Below, in pieces: positions 1 to 7,696 of a stretch of DNA of 14,110 nucleotides. The stretch comes from an uncultured Verrucomicrobiales bacterium (GTDB lineage Bacteria; Verrucomicrobiota; Verrucomicrobiia; Verrucomicrobiales; DEV007): NCBI GenBank assembly GCA_938091905.1, contig CALKOM010000079.1, forward strand, positions 1-14,110, written 5' to 3'. The notes beneath the pieces are model-generated. The model made no database searches. It had not been told where the DNA came from and was given only the letters and a program-made list of their open reading frames with translations. The position numbers were made by a program, and so were the translations under genes. Each line of letters opens with the position of its first letter. The first letter of the stretch is position 1.

Positions 1-162
1 GGCAGTGATCCTGGCGTAGCCATCAAGTATCAGATCGCCATCATGATCGCCATCTTCACCTGCACCACACTGAGCATCTCGCTCTTTCTGCTCTTTACAA
101 GACGCGTGTGTTTCGACCCTCAAGGCAACTTGCGCACGCACCTCGTTCTTAAGCCGAAGTGA
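1..162 (+). CDS. 3' end (partial) of a UPF0014/FetB(YbbM)-family ABC transporter permease
   Basis: Hand translation of frame +1 gives GSDPGVAIKYQIAIMIAIFTCTTLSISLFLLFTRRVCFDPQGNLRTHLVLKPK, ending at TGA 160-162. G-x-D-P-x-x-A-x-K-Y-Q-I-x-I-M followed by a TM helix is the C-terminal signature of the UPF0014 (FetB/STAR2) family. Not in the ORF track because the start is outside the window. Confidence 0.8.
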   Translation, partial: GSDPGVAIKYQIAIMIAIFTCTTLSISLFLLFTRRVCFDPQGNLRTHLVLKPK

Positions 163-167
163 CAGCT

Positions 168-3100
168 CTACTCGGCAAGCTCAAAACGGACTCGGTAGAA
201 CGTCTGATCTTCTTCTCCGCGTTCCATTCTGCCACTATCTGGATCGTAATCAGAAGCGCTCCACTTCAGAAGGTCTGCCGACTCTTCCACAACAGGTCGA
301 ACATTCTTCTCGCCCACCTGATCAAAGACATCGGATTGCAAACTCACAGAATCCGTTTCCAGATCCAAACGAATATTCAATTTCCGCTTGGACACCATTT
401 CCAATGGCGACGTGCCGTAGAGGAACTCAACCGCATTGCTAGCGCCATCTAGATCTGCATCCTCATCTAGTGCAACCATGGTCCAATCACTCTCACCCGT
501 GGGATTGAAGTGCATCGCGGCCCACTCGGCATAATCGACCAAGCCTCCACTAGCACGGAACCTCCAGATGTCCTCGTCACGCAGTTCACCCACAAAGTCA
601 CCACCAGACGCGCGCACATAGTAAAGGAGAGCCTTGTTAGCGGGAGCAAAGCCCTCACCTTGAGCAGCGACCGCGAATGCAGGCGAAACTGGGCTTAGAC
701 CTGAAAGGTCCAAGGGCTCAACTCCATAGCTACCCACAGCCAACCAGGCAAAGGTTCCTTCATCATTGACATCAATCTGACTCAAGTTCTGCGTGTAAAC
801 AGGCCCTGACAGCGTCACATTAGCTACATCACCGCCACGAGCCACGCCTATCGCGTCATTGTAATCCATGAAGAGGAGCCCCTCATGCACGACAAGATTG
901 TTCGGGGTGGACTCGAGTTCGATGAAGCCATCCCTCACTAGGGCCGCACTGTCACCATCGTTCTTCCAGGCCCAGAGAAGCAATCCTGTCTTCTTGTCCT
1001 CTTCGCCCGTCTTATAAATCTGTCCATTCAGAACGACCGTGCTCGTGTAGCGCCCTTCTAACGCAGTCACCTCTGTCACCAGGTAGGCCTGAGTGCCGTC
1101 GTAGACCGATGCCTGCAACACGCTATTGGAGGACTCGAACCAATGGCGCTGATCGTTCTGAGCGTACTTCGGCGCCGTTGAGATCAAGACCAAACCACCG
1201 TTGTCATCAACCACCCCTTCAAGCATGCCCGGTAGGCTCACCGCATTGTTGACCACGGGATGCGCAGGATCAGCAAAGCTCACGTCGCGCAAGTGATAGC
1301 GATTTAAGTAGTTGTTCCCTTCTTTCGTCTCAAAGTAGGTCGTGCGCTTGTAGCTAAGCAGGAGGCGCTCGTCTTGGACAATCATAGGCCCAAACTCTAC
1401 AGAATCCTTGGGATCGATGACCGTTGCCGACGCAATGAAGGGCTCAGCAGGATCATCAACATTCACCGCGAGAATACTTACACTGTCATAGTATGAGTAA
1501 CCTCCCCAGTAGCCTCCACCACCCCATCCGAAATCAATATCCGCGGCAATCGCAATATCATCAAAGAACCAGCCTCCCCAATAGCGATTGCTCGTGACCT
1601 TTGGACGCCACACTAGATGACCATTAACAAAACTGCCATCTGCTGTCGTCAGGCCACTAATTTGATAGCCTTTACCAAGATCATGGGTGACCGAGCCTAA
1701 CAATGAGGGCTCCATTGGATCACTCACATCGATCACGTCCGTCGAGAATTCATTTTGGCGCACCCAATCAAACACAGGCTCAGGCTCCCAATCCTCTGGT
1801 TCTTCGCCGTCCGGGAAAGGGTTCTCTTCTCCTGGAACCTCAATCTTCTCATTCCACTGCCGATAACGCCCTACGTAAAGCTTGCTACCAACCCGATGGA
1901 GACCGGCGACCGCACCCGGCTCCAAGTAGAAATCAGTCTTCACGGAATCGAAATCCTCTTTGTCCGTGATCCGCACCCGCGTCTTGATGTCACTCTGCCA
2001 GGATTGGCCATTCTCGATCTGCCAAAGAGAGTCTCCAATTTCCACCACGTGAGCGACATTCCACGCCAGAGAAACTTCGGTCAGAAGGTCTGGTTCATCA
2101 CGATCAGTCGCATCTACCACGATCATTTCCTGACCAGATATCGAAACCACCGTATCCCCTACCGCAGTCGCTCGACGGCCTTGCACTTCATGCTCAATTG
2201 CACCACGAACTTCGAGAGCATCATCACGCACATCCACAATCTGCATGAGGTTCTTGTATTCATACCCTTCCTCTCCCTTCACTCGGGTGGAAATAGGTAG
2301 CAGGAGCAGGTTTTTGCCAGGTAGATAGCCCACGGCTTTCTCGTCCCAGTTTGCCTCGCTCCAAGAGCGCCCCTCACCAGGGTACACTCGCTGTTTCAGG
2401 CTAGGTCGACTCGGATCTGAGACGTCGAAGAGGGAGATGGCTACCCGATCCTCTTCGACGCCTACAGATAGGAGACGGTCACCTTCTGGCACAAGATAGG
2501 TCGACCAACCTGGAATCTCCAGCTCTCCGAGCGACTTCAAATTCCCAGGATCACTGAGATCGATAACAAAGAGCGGATCCTTACGAATCTCGACAAAGAA
2601 CGTCACCACATAAAGCCGATCCCCATCAAACCGCGTGGCATGAAGACGCTCTTGCGGCGCAAGAATGATCTCATCAAGTTTCTCAGCTTCATCTCCAGAG
2701 AGATCAAAACTCTCCACATAGGTTGTAAGCTCACGACGCCACACATTCTTCTGGGTCACCGTAGTGAGGATGTCTTCCTTCATCCGCAGCTTGAACTTAT
2801 CAGGCAAATTCGCCTTCAGATCGACCGTGTGAGCCACCTCCATGGAAGTCAACGTGCGACTGATAGGGATGACATGCACCCTAGAGCGAGTCAGCTCCCG
2901 TTCGTCATCATAGTGCGATGTTGTCACTAACAGATGGTCCGGAGATGCCGTGACTACTGAATTCCAGAACCAACCATTCTGATCAACGAGTTCAAGCGGC
3001 TCAAGAAGGGTCGGCGCATTTGGATTGGAGAAATTGATACTATTGACCTGCAATCCCTGACGCCAATAGAAACCGCCCTCTTCGTCTTCCTTCGGTTGGT

Positions 3101-3902
3101 GAATCCGTGAGACCAAGTAGAGACGGTTCCCAACAAGCCTACTTTCCAAATAGTCACCATCAACTGCAACGCGATTCACCACTTCCAAAGTATCGCCAGA
3201 GTGCTTCACGACGATCGCCTCGGTCTGCTGCACCGAGCTATAGGGTAATCTGAAATCCCACCAACCATAGGCTGAGTAGTTCACATAATTTGCGAGCAGA
3301 AGAACATGCTCGTCATCGAGGACATACATTTGGTCGCCCACCGCTGGCATGCGTAACGTCGCCAGCTTCTTCGGTGTCTCAGGCTCGCTCAAGTCGAAGA
3401 CCTGTAGGCCCCGCTGTTGGTTGAAGAAGTACAACGTATCACCACGCCACTGCCACAAGTCAGATTCCTGAACGACATCTGGAGAACCGCCCTGCCCATC
3501 CGCCTCAGGAGCACCGGCGTCGAAAGCCACCTCGGGTCCGCCACCACGATTCGCACCGCCAGTTGCCGAAGCTTGTTCAAACTTGGTGCTTCCCTGGTAG
3601 AAACTATAGGGAAACGGATCGGTCATAGCGACCTCCGCCCGGCAATCTTCTAATAAGACATCGTCAGGCACACGCAATTTTAGAAAGCCCTCATCACCGG
3701 CCAGGTGAGCCAGACTAAATACGCTCCATTCACCGTTCTCGTCCTTCACCTGCAGCCGCGCTTGGCGTGTTCCTTTCGCCAGGTTGAGGAGCAACGCCCG
3801 ATCCTCCATCAAAGGCTCAGTATCGGCGGGATTGAAGGATTCGGCGTGGAGGCCAGCAAAGGAAAGGGCCGTCAGCAAGAATGAAAGTAGGAGTCGTTTC
3901 AT
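168..3902 (-). CDS. Secreted beta-propeller domain protein (Beta_propel PF09826 / COG4880-like) with an extra beta-rich region and a C-terminal Verrucomicrobia-type domain, 1244 aa
   Basis: Sec signal peptide MKRLLLSFLLTALSFAGLHA|E. Family-like motifs VQESDLWQWRGDTLY, PQERLHATRFDGDRLYVVTF, DPLFVIDLSDP, LGELEIPGWSTYL and ISLFDVSDPSRP, with repeated hydrophobic-D-x-S-D-P-x-x-P blade ends. C-terminal DxDxDG motif (DEDADLDGASNAVEFLYGTSP). Confidence 0.88.
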   Translation of the reverse strand: MKRLLLSFLLTALSFAGLHAESFNPADTEPLMEDRALLLNLAKGTRQARLQVKDENGEWSVFSLAHLAGDEGFLKLRVPDDVLLEDCRAEVAMTDPFPYSFYQGSTKFEQASATGGANRGGGPEVAFDAGAPEADGQGGSPDVVQESDLWQWRGDTLYFFNQQRGLQVFDLSEPETPKKLATLRMPAVGDQMYVLDDEHVLLLANYVNYSAYGWWDFRLPYSSVQQTEAIVVKHSGDTLEVVNRVAVDGDYLESRLVGNRLYLVSRIHQPKEDEEGGFYWRQGLQVNSINFSNPNAPTLLEPLELVDQNGWFWNSVVTASPDHLLVTTSHYDDERELTRSRVHVIPISRTLTSMEVAHTVDLKANLPDKFKLRMKEDILTTVTQKNVWRRELTTYVESFDLSGDEAEKLDEIILAPQERLHATRFDGDRLYVVTFFVEIRKDPLFVIDLSDPGNLKSLGELEIPGWSTYLVPEGDRLLSVGVEEDRVAISLFDVSDPSRPSLKQRVYPGEGRSWSEANWDEKAVGYLPGKNLLLLPISTRVKGEEGYEYKNLMQIVDVRDDALEVRGAIEHEVQGRRATAVGDTVVSISGQEMIVVDATDRDEPDLLTEVSLAWNVAHVVEIGDSLWQIENGQSWQSDIKTRVRITDKEDFDSVKTDFYLEPGAVAGLHRVGSKLYVGRYRQWNEKIEVPGEENPFPDGEEPEDWEPEPVFDWVRQNEFSTDVIDVSDPMEPSLLGSVTHDLGKGYQISGLTTADGSFVNGHLVWRPKVTSNRYWGGWFFDDIAIAADIDFGWGGGGYWGGYSYYDSVSILAVNVDDPAEPFIASATVIDPKDSVEFGPMIVQDERLLLSYKRTTYFETKEGNNYLNRYHLRDVSFADPAHPVVNNAVSLPGMLEGVVDDNGGLVLISTAPKYAQNDQRHWFESSNSVLQASVYDGTQAYLVTEVTALEGRYTSTVVLNGQIYKTGEEDKKTGLLLWAWKNDGDSAALVRDGFIELESTPNNLVVHEGLLFMDYNDAIGVARGGDVANVTLSGPVYTQNLSQIDVNDEGTFAWLAVGSYGVEPLDLSGLSPVSPAFAVAAQGEGFAPANKALLYYVRASGGDFVGELRDEDIWRFRASGGLVDYAEWAAMHFNPTGESDWTMVALDEDADLDGASNAVEFLYGTSPLEMVSKRKLNIRLDLETDSVSLQSDVFDQVGEKNVRPVVEESADLLKWSASDYDPDSGRMERGEEDQTFYRVRFELAE

Positions 3903-3995
3903 GGTGAATGAAGTCTCACAGTTAAACGTCAGCTCTGCGTAATTTCATCGGAATAAATCTTTCAAAATTCATGATGCCTAACTCTGACTCCTCAA

Positions 3996-4050
3996 AGCAG
4001 ATATGTTCTGTTCGGACATTCCGAGACAGAAAGGACCACAGAACTCTGCT
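3996..4050. promoter_or_regulatory. Nested inverted-repeat (stem-loop) element upstream of the beta-propeller gene
   Basis: AGCAGA (3996-4001) pairs with TCTGCT (4045-4050), and GTTCTGT (4005-4011) with ACAGAAC (4038-4044). Inner hairpin TCGGA-cat-TCCGA at 4012-4024. Function is not established. Confidence 0.4.
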
Positions 4051-4474
4051 GCTCAATCTACTCAAGGTATCTTTAGCCTTCCCAACCTCCTCAAGAGCGC
4101 CTTCTCAGAGATGTTGCCAATCGCTTCCTGCACAGCCGCCGCATTAACCAGCGCGTAGCGTGGCGCACGGTCCGCGTATGCTCATAAAGGTCTCAAGCGC
4201 CTTCTAATGAGAGGACGGCAGGAGAGAAGAGGCCACGCACCCCTCTCTTCAATCGGTTCGGCATTTAGGCGGCACCAGCCATGAACGCCTCGATAAGTTG
4301 CACGCGATTCCTTCAACAAGTCCAAGCCCGAATTCGCATTGGCCGCCAACTCGACCGTGAGGGAGGCATCCCAATTCGCGATGACCATCTACATCAGGGC
4401 TGCTAGTTGCTACGTTAAAGCCTCGGCGCAGCCACCATTGTGTTCGTGAGTAAGTCTAAGGCAAACCAGTAGGC

Positions 4475-5110
4475 CTACTTTGGTCGCCTGAATCGCTTCC
4501 GCGCTCGATCGACACCCAACCGACTCATACACCCATCCAGGTGATCATTCACTATCCCCATCGCCTGCATGAAGGCATAGACCGTGGTCGGTCCAACGAA
4601 CTTCCATCCGCGCTTGCGTAGGTCCTTGCTCAAAGCTTCAGACGCCGGTGTCTTGCTCAAGTGACGCAACGTTTCGTAATCACAGACGTCGGGACGTTCC
4701 TCCCTCTTGGGTTCGTGCGCCCAGAAATAAGCCCCCAAAGAATCGAACTCCTCGATCAACGCCAAAGCGCGCTGAGCGTTATTGACTGTCGCTTCTATCT
4801 TCCCTCGATGACGAATAATGCCATCATTCTTCAGCAGTTTCTCCACGCGCCTCGCATTGAACTTCGCCACCATTTCGAAATCAAAGCCATCAAAGGCCTC
4901 TCTAAAGTTCTCTCGCTTTCGCAAAATCGTTAGCCAACTGAGCCCCGCCTGAAAACCCTCGAGACAAAGCTTCTCAAACAGGCGAAACTCGTCGTCCACG
5001 GGCATGCCCCATTCGTCGTCATGATAGGTGATGTAGTCGGGATGCCCACCATGCCACCAGCAACGTACCATCCCATCCGGTTCTGTCGATAGGCCATCCT
5101 TTGATTCCAT
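4475..5110 (-). CDS. tag: DNA-3-methyladenine glycosylase I
   Basis: Tag motifs RCWW, YHDDEWG, LCLEGFQAGLSWLTILRKR, IIRHRGKI and FVGPTTVYAFMQAMGIVNDHLDGC, including the Cys/His/His/Cys zinc ligands. ATG at 5110 (MESKDG..., 211 aa) is preferred over the track's TTG at 5149. Confidence 0.95.
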   Translation of the reverse strand: MESKDGLSTEPDGMVRCWWHGGHPDYITYHDDEWGMPVDDEFRLFEKLCLEGFQAGLSWLTILRKRENFREAFDGFDFEMVAKFNARRVEKLLKNDGIIRHRGKIEATVNNAQRALALIEEFDSLGAYFWAHEPKREERPDVCDYETLRHLSKTPASEALSKDLRKRGWKFVGPTTVYAFMQAMGIVNDHLDGCMSRLGVDRARKRFRRPK

Positions 5111-5172
5111 AAGCTGACTCTCCACGCCATCGCAGCCGCGAGCGACCAATTTCTCCTATTCTAAGAAACCAC

Positions 5173-5199
5173 TTCTGTGTATTCCGTGTCTTCCGTGGC
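5173..5199 (+). repeat. Three imperfect 9-bp tandem repeats TTC(C/T)GTG(T/G)N overlapping the GT2 start
   Basis: TTCTGTGTA (5173-5181), TTCCGTGTC (5182-5190), TTCCGTGGC (5191-5199). Confidence 0.75.
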
Positions 5200-6214
5200 T
5201 CCCTCACTCATCAGCATCATCCTCCCCGTCCACAACGCGGTTAAGACGGTAGGCGCTGCAGTTGATAGCTGCCTCAACCAGACCCACCGACAAATTGAGC
5301 TCCTTGTAATCGATGACGCATCCACAGATGGCACGAGCGAGATTCTCAAAACCTATGGCGATCGTATCCATCACCATCAGTTGGAAAAACAGGATGGTGT
5401 CGCCGCAGCGTTTCAGTTCGGGCTAGATCAAGCCCAAGGCCAGTGGATCGCCCGGATGGATGGAGACGATCTCAGTCATCCCGATCGCTTATCCAAGCAG
5501 ATCGCCCTCCTGCAATCGCATGATGAGCTCGAGGCTGTGAGCTGCCTTGTCGACATTCGCAAACGCGTTGGCGACGAACTGAAGCCGGCTAACGAGGGTT
5601 ATCAACGATTTGCCCGATGGCTAAACTCCCTGACAACACCCGAGGCGATTGCCAAACAACGCTTTATCGATCAGCCCTTAGTCAATCCTACAATGCTCGT
5701 CCGCAAACGTGTGTTCGAGGCTCTTGGAGCCTACCGCAGCGATCTCGATTGGGCAGAAGACTATGACTTCTGGCTACGACTGTTGGATGCTGGCCACAAG
5801 ATCGCCAAAGTGCCAGAGGTTCTATTCACGTGGACAGACCATCCCTATCGACTTACACGGACAAATGAAGACTACACGCAAGATGCCTTCACGCACTGCA
5901 AAGCGCATTTCCTTAGCAAGCTACCCCGTGTCCAAGATCAGGGAGTGATCATTGGCGGTGCCGGTCCCATCGGCAAATCCATGGCCAAGGCGCTCCGCGC
6001 TTGCGGCACCCAACTGCACCATTTTTACGACGTCCATCCACGTCGCATTGGCGAAACGATTCAGGGTCTCCAAGTAAAGTCCCTGGAGTCCATTGAACCC
6101 AGCCGCGCTGTGCTCTTAGGTGCCGTCGGCCAACCTGGCAAACGGAAGCAGATTCGAGATCTTGCTCTAGCACATGGCTATACAGAGGGAGAAGACTTCT
6201 TCTCGATCGCGTGA
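5177..6214 (+). CDS. GT2 (GT-A fold) glycosyltransferase with a C-terminal Rossmann-like extension; B3GNTL1/QTGAL-like architecture
   Basis: ISIILPVHNA, IDDASTDGT, DxD motif in RMDGDD, and the ED catalytic motif in WAEDYDFW. C-terminal IIGGAGPIGK...FYDVHPRRIG...GYTEGEDF. The start is ambiguous among in-frame GTGs at 5177, 5186 and 5195. Confidence 0.9.
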   Translation: MYSVSSVAPSLISIILPVHNAVKTVGAAVDSCLNQTHRQIELLVIDDASTDGTSEILKTYGDRIHHHQLEKQDGVAAAFQFGLDQAQGQWIARMDGDDLSHPDRLSKQIALLQSHDELEAVSCLVDIRKRVGDELKPANEGYQRFARWLNSLTTPEAIAKQRFIDQPLVNPTMLVRKRVFEALGAYRSDLDWAEDYDFWLRLLDAGHKIAKVPEVLFTWTDHPYRLTRTNEDYTQDAFTHCKAHFLSKLPRVQDQGVIIGGAGPIGKSMAKALRACGTQLHHFYDVHPRRIGETIQGLQVKSLESIEPSRAVLLGAVGQPGKRKQIRDLALAHGYTEGEDFFSIA

Positions 6215-6219
6215 TCCAA

Positions 6220-7629
6220 CTACACCACACGTGTTTTCCATGTCCCTCGCATAAACATAATAAAGGCCATGACCGTCAAGAGGGTGTCTGCACCAATCAC
6301 GGCCCAGAAGATTCCGTTTGGCCCATGACCTTGTGAAAACGCTAGCCACCAAGCGAACGGGAGTTGAAAGATCCAGAACGCGATGAGGTTTATCCACGTC
6401 GGTGTGGTCGTGTCCCCTGCTCCGTTGAAGGCTTGGGTCATAACCATTCCCCACCCGTATAGCAAGTAGCCATAACTGAAAACGCGTAGGCATTGCCCAC
6501 CGATGGCAATCACTTCGGGATCCTTACTAAAGAAACCTACAAAGACATCTCCAAACAGAACAAAGTTGATCGTCACAACCATCATGAACGCCATGTTGTA
6601 ACAACCGGTGATCCAAACCGCACGCGCCGCTCGATCAGGCAGCTTGGCCCCAAGATGCTGCCCGACGAGAGTTGCCGCCGCATTGGAGAGTCCCCAGCTT
6701 GGCAGAATGGTAAAGATAACGATGCGGATGCCAATCGTGTAACCTGCTAAAGCATCGCTCCCAAACTTGGCCATGTATCGCATCATGATAACCCAGCTCG
6801 AAGTCGCCACAGCCATCTGCGCAATGCCACCAACAGAAACCCGGACCAGCCGTCGGATGATAGCCCAATCACGCTTTAAAGCAGTTCCGACAAGGCGCAC
6901 TTGGCCAGTGCCCCTCCGTAACTGGTAGATCTGATAGAGCACCGCCACACTCCGCCCCGTGACCGAAGCAATGGCGGCACCAGTAAGACCCATAGCGGGA
7001 ATAGGCCCAAACCCAAAGATCAACATGGGATCGAGAACAAGATTGATCCCGTTCCCTAACCAAAGCGCCCGCATCGCAAGCGCGGGATCTCCCGCTCCAC
7101 GAAAGATCGCGTTATTCAAGAACAACATCAGAATGACCACGTTCGTAGAAAGAATGATCCGCGCATAACCGCTCCCCTCCTTAATGATCTCGGCCGAGGC
7201 CCCCATCCACCGAAGCACATGCGGCGCGGCAAACCAACAGGCAATGCCGGTAGCGATTCCCACGAATAGCCCCATGTAGATCGTCTGAGCAGCCACTTTC
7301 GCCGCAGCTTCCGGTCTCTTCTCACCGATACGCCGGGAAACCATTGCGGTCACAGCGATTGAGAGCCCCACCGCCAGTGCGTAGTAGAGCGTGAGAACAG
7401 ACTCGGTCAATCCAATCGCCGCAGTCGCATTCGTCCCCAGTTTAGAAACCCAATAAATGTCGCAAATAGAGAAGAGCGACTCCATAGCCGTCTCCAACAC
7501 CATCGGGATTGCTAACAGAACCACTGCCTGGCTCAAGTTGCCCGATGTATAATCGTGCTGTTTCCCAGCAACCGCATTCCGAACCGTACGCCACCACGAA
7601 CATGACGATGACGACGTAGAATCTGACAT
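6220..7629 (-). CDS. MATE family efflux transporter
   Basis: About 12 hydrophobic segments in two halves. Motifs LAIPMVLE, DIYWVSKLGTNATAAIG, FRGAGDP, NLVLDPMLIFG...MGLTGAAIAS and FNGAGDTTTP. ATG at 7629 is preferred, because the track's TTG at 7662 lies inside a hairpin. Confidence 0.93.
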   Translation of the reverse strand: MSDSTSSSSCSWWRTVRNAVAGKQHDYTSGNLSQAVVLLAIPMVLETAMESLFSICDIYWVSKLGTNATAAIGLTESVLTLYYALAVGLSIAVTAMVSRRIGEKRPEAAAKVAAQTIYMGLFVGIATGIACWFAAPHVLRWMGASAEIIKEGSGYARIILSTNVVILMLFLNNAIFRGAGDPALAMRALWLGNGINLVLDPMLIFGFGPIPAMGLTGAAIASVTGRSVAVLYQIYQLRRGTGQVRLVGTALKRDWAIIRRLVRVSVGGIAQMAVATSSWVIMMRYMAKFGSDALAGYTIGIRIVIFTILPSWGLSNAAATLVGQHLGAKLPDRAARAVWITGCYNMAFMMVVTINFVLFGDVFVGFFSKDPEVIAIGGQCLRVFSYGYLLYGWGMVMTQAFNGAGDTTTPTWINLIAFWIFQLPFAWWLAFSQGHGPNGIFWAVIGADTLLTVMAFIMFMRGTWKTRVV

Positions 7630-7644
7630 CCCTACGCATAGAAG

Positions 7645-7672
7645 CGAATCCGAGTCTGACAACTCGGATTCG
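7645..7672 (-). terminator. Perfect 11-bp stem hairpin between DUF1552 and MATE (weak terminator, processing site or operator)
   Basis: CGAATCCGAGT (7645-7655), a 6-nt loop, then ACTCGGATTCG (7662-7672). On the - strand it lies 24 nt after the DUF1552 stop and is followed by CTTCTAT, a poor U-tract. Confidence 0.5.
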
Positions 7673-7696
7673 TCACGCTGAGCAATCTTGCTGCGA

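Noticed and set aside
160..170. Convergent gene ends only 5 bp apart (162/168 and 6214/6220) as a special antisense system
   Set aside because: Tight convergent packing without terminators is common in bacterial genomes, and nothing else supports a special role.
159..3653. Small ORFs within or antisense to the beta-propeller gene (e.g. 1755-2300, 181 aa)
   Set aside because: They overlap a well-supported 1244-aa gene almost entirely and show no motifs; typical shadow ORFs.
3903..4474. tRNA, tmRNA, known riboswitch, IS element or DGR template repeat in the long intergenic gap
   Set aside because: No cloverleaf or T-loop pattern, terminal inverted repeats, transposase remnant, or similarity to the FGE-like segment was visible by eye. 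An Rfam search would be needed to exclude rarer ncRNAs.
5177..7629. GT2 + MATE as a polysaccharide synthesis/flippase (Wzx-like) locus
   Set aside because: The genes are convergent, the transporter has classical MATE efflux motifs, and no other sugar-nucleotide, polymerase or glycosyltransferase genes are nearby.
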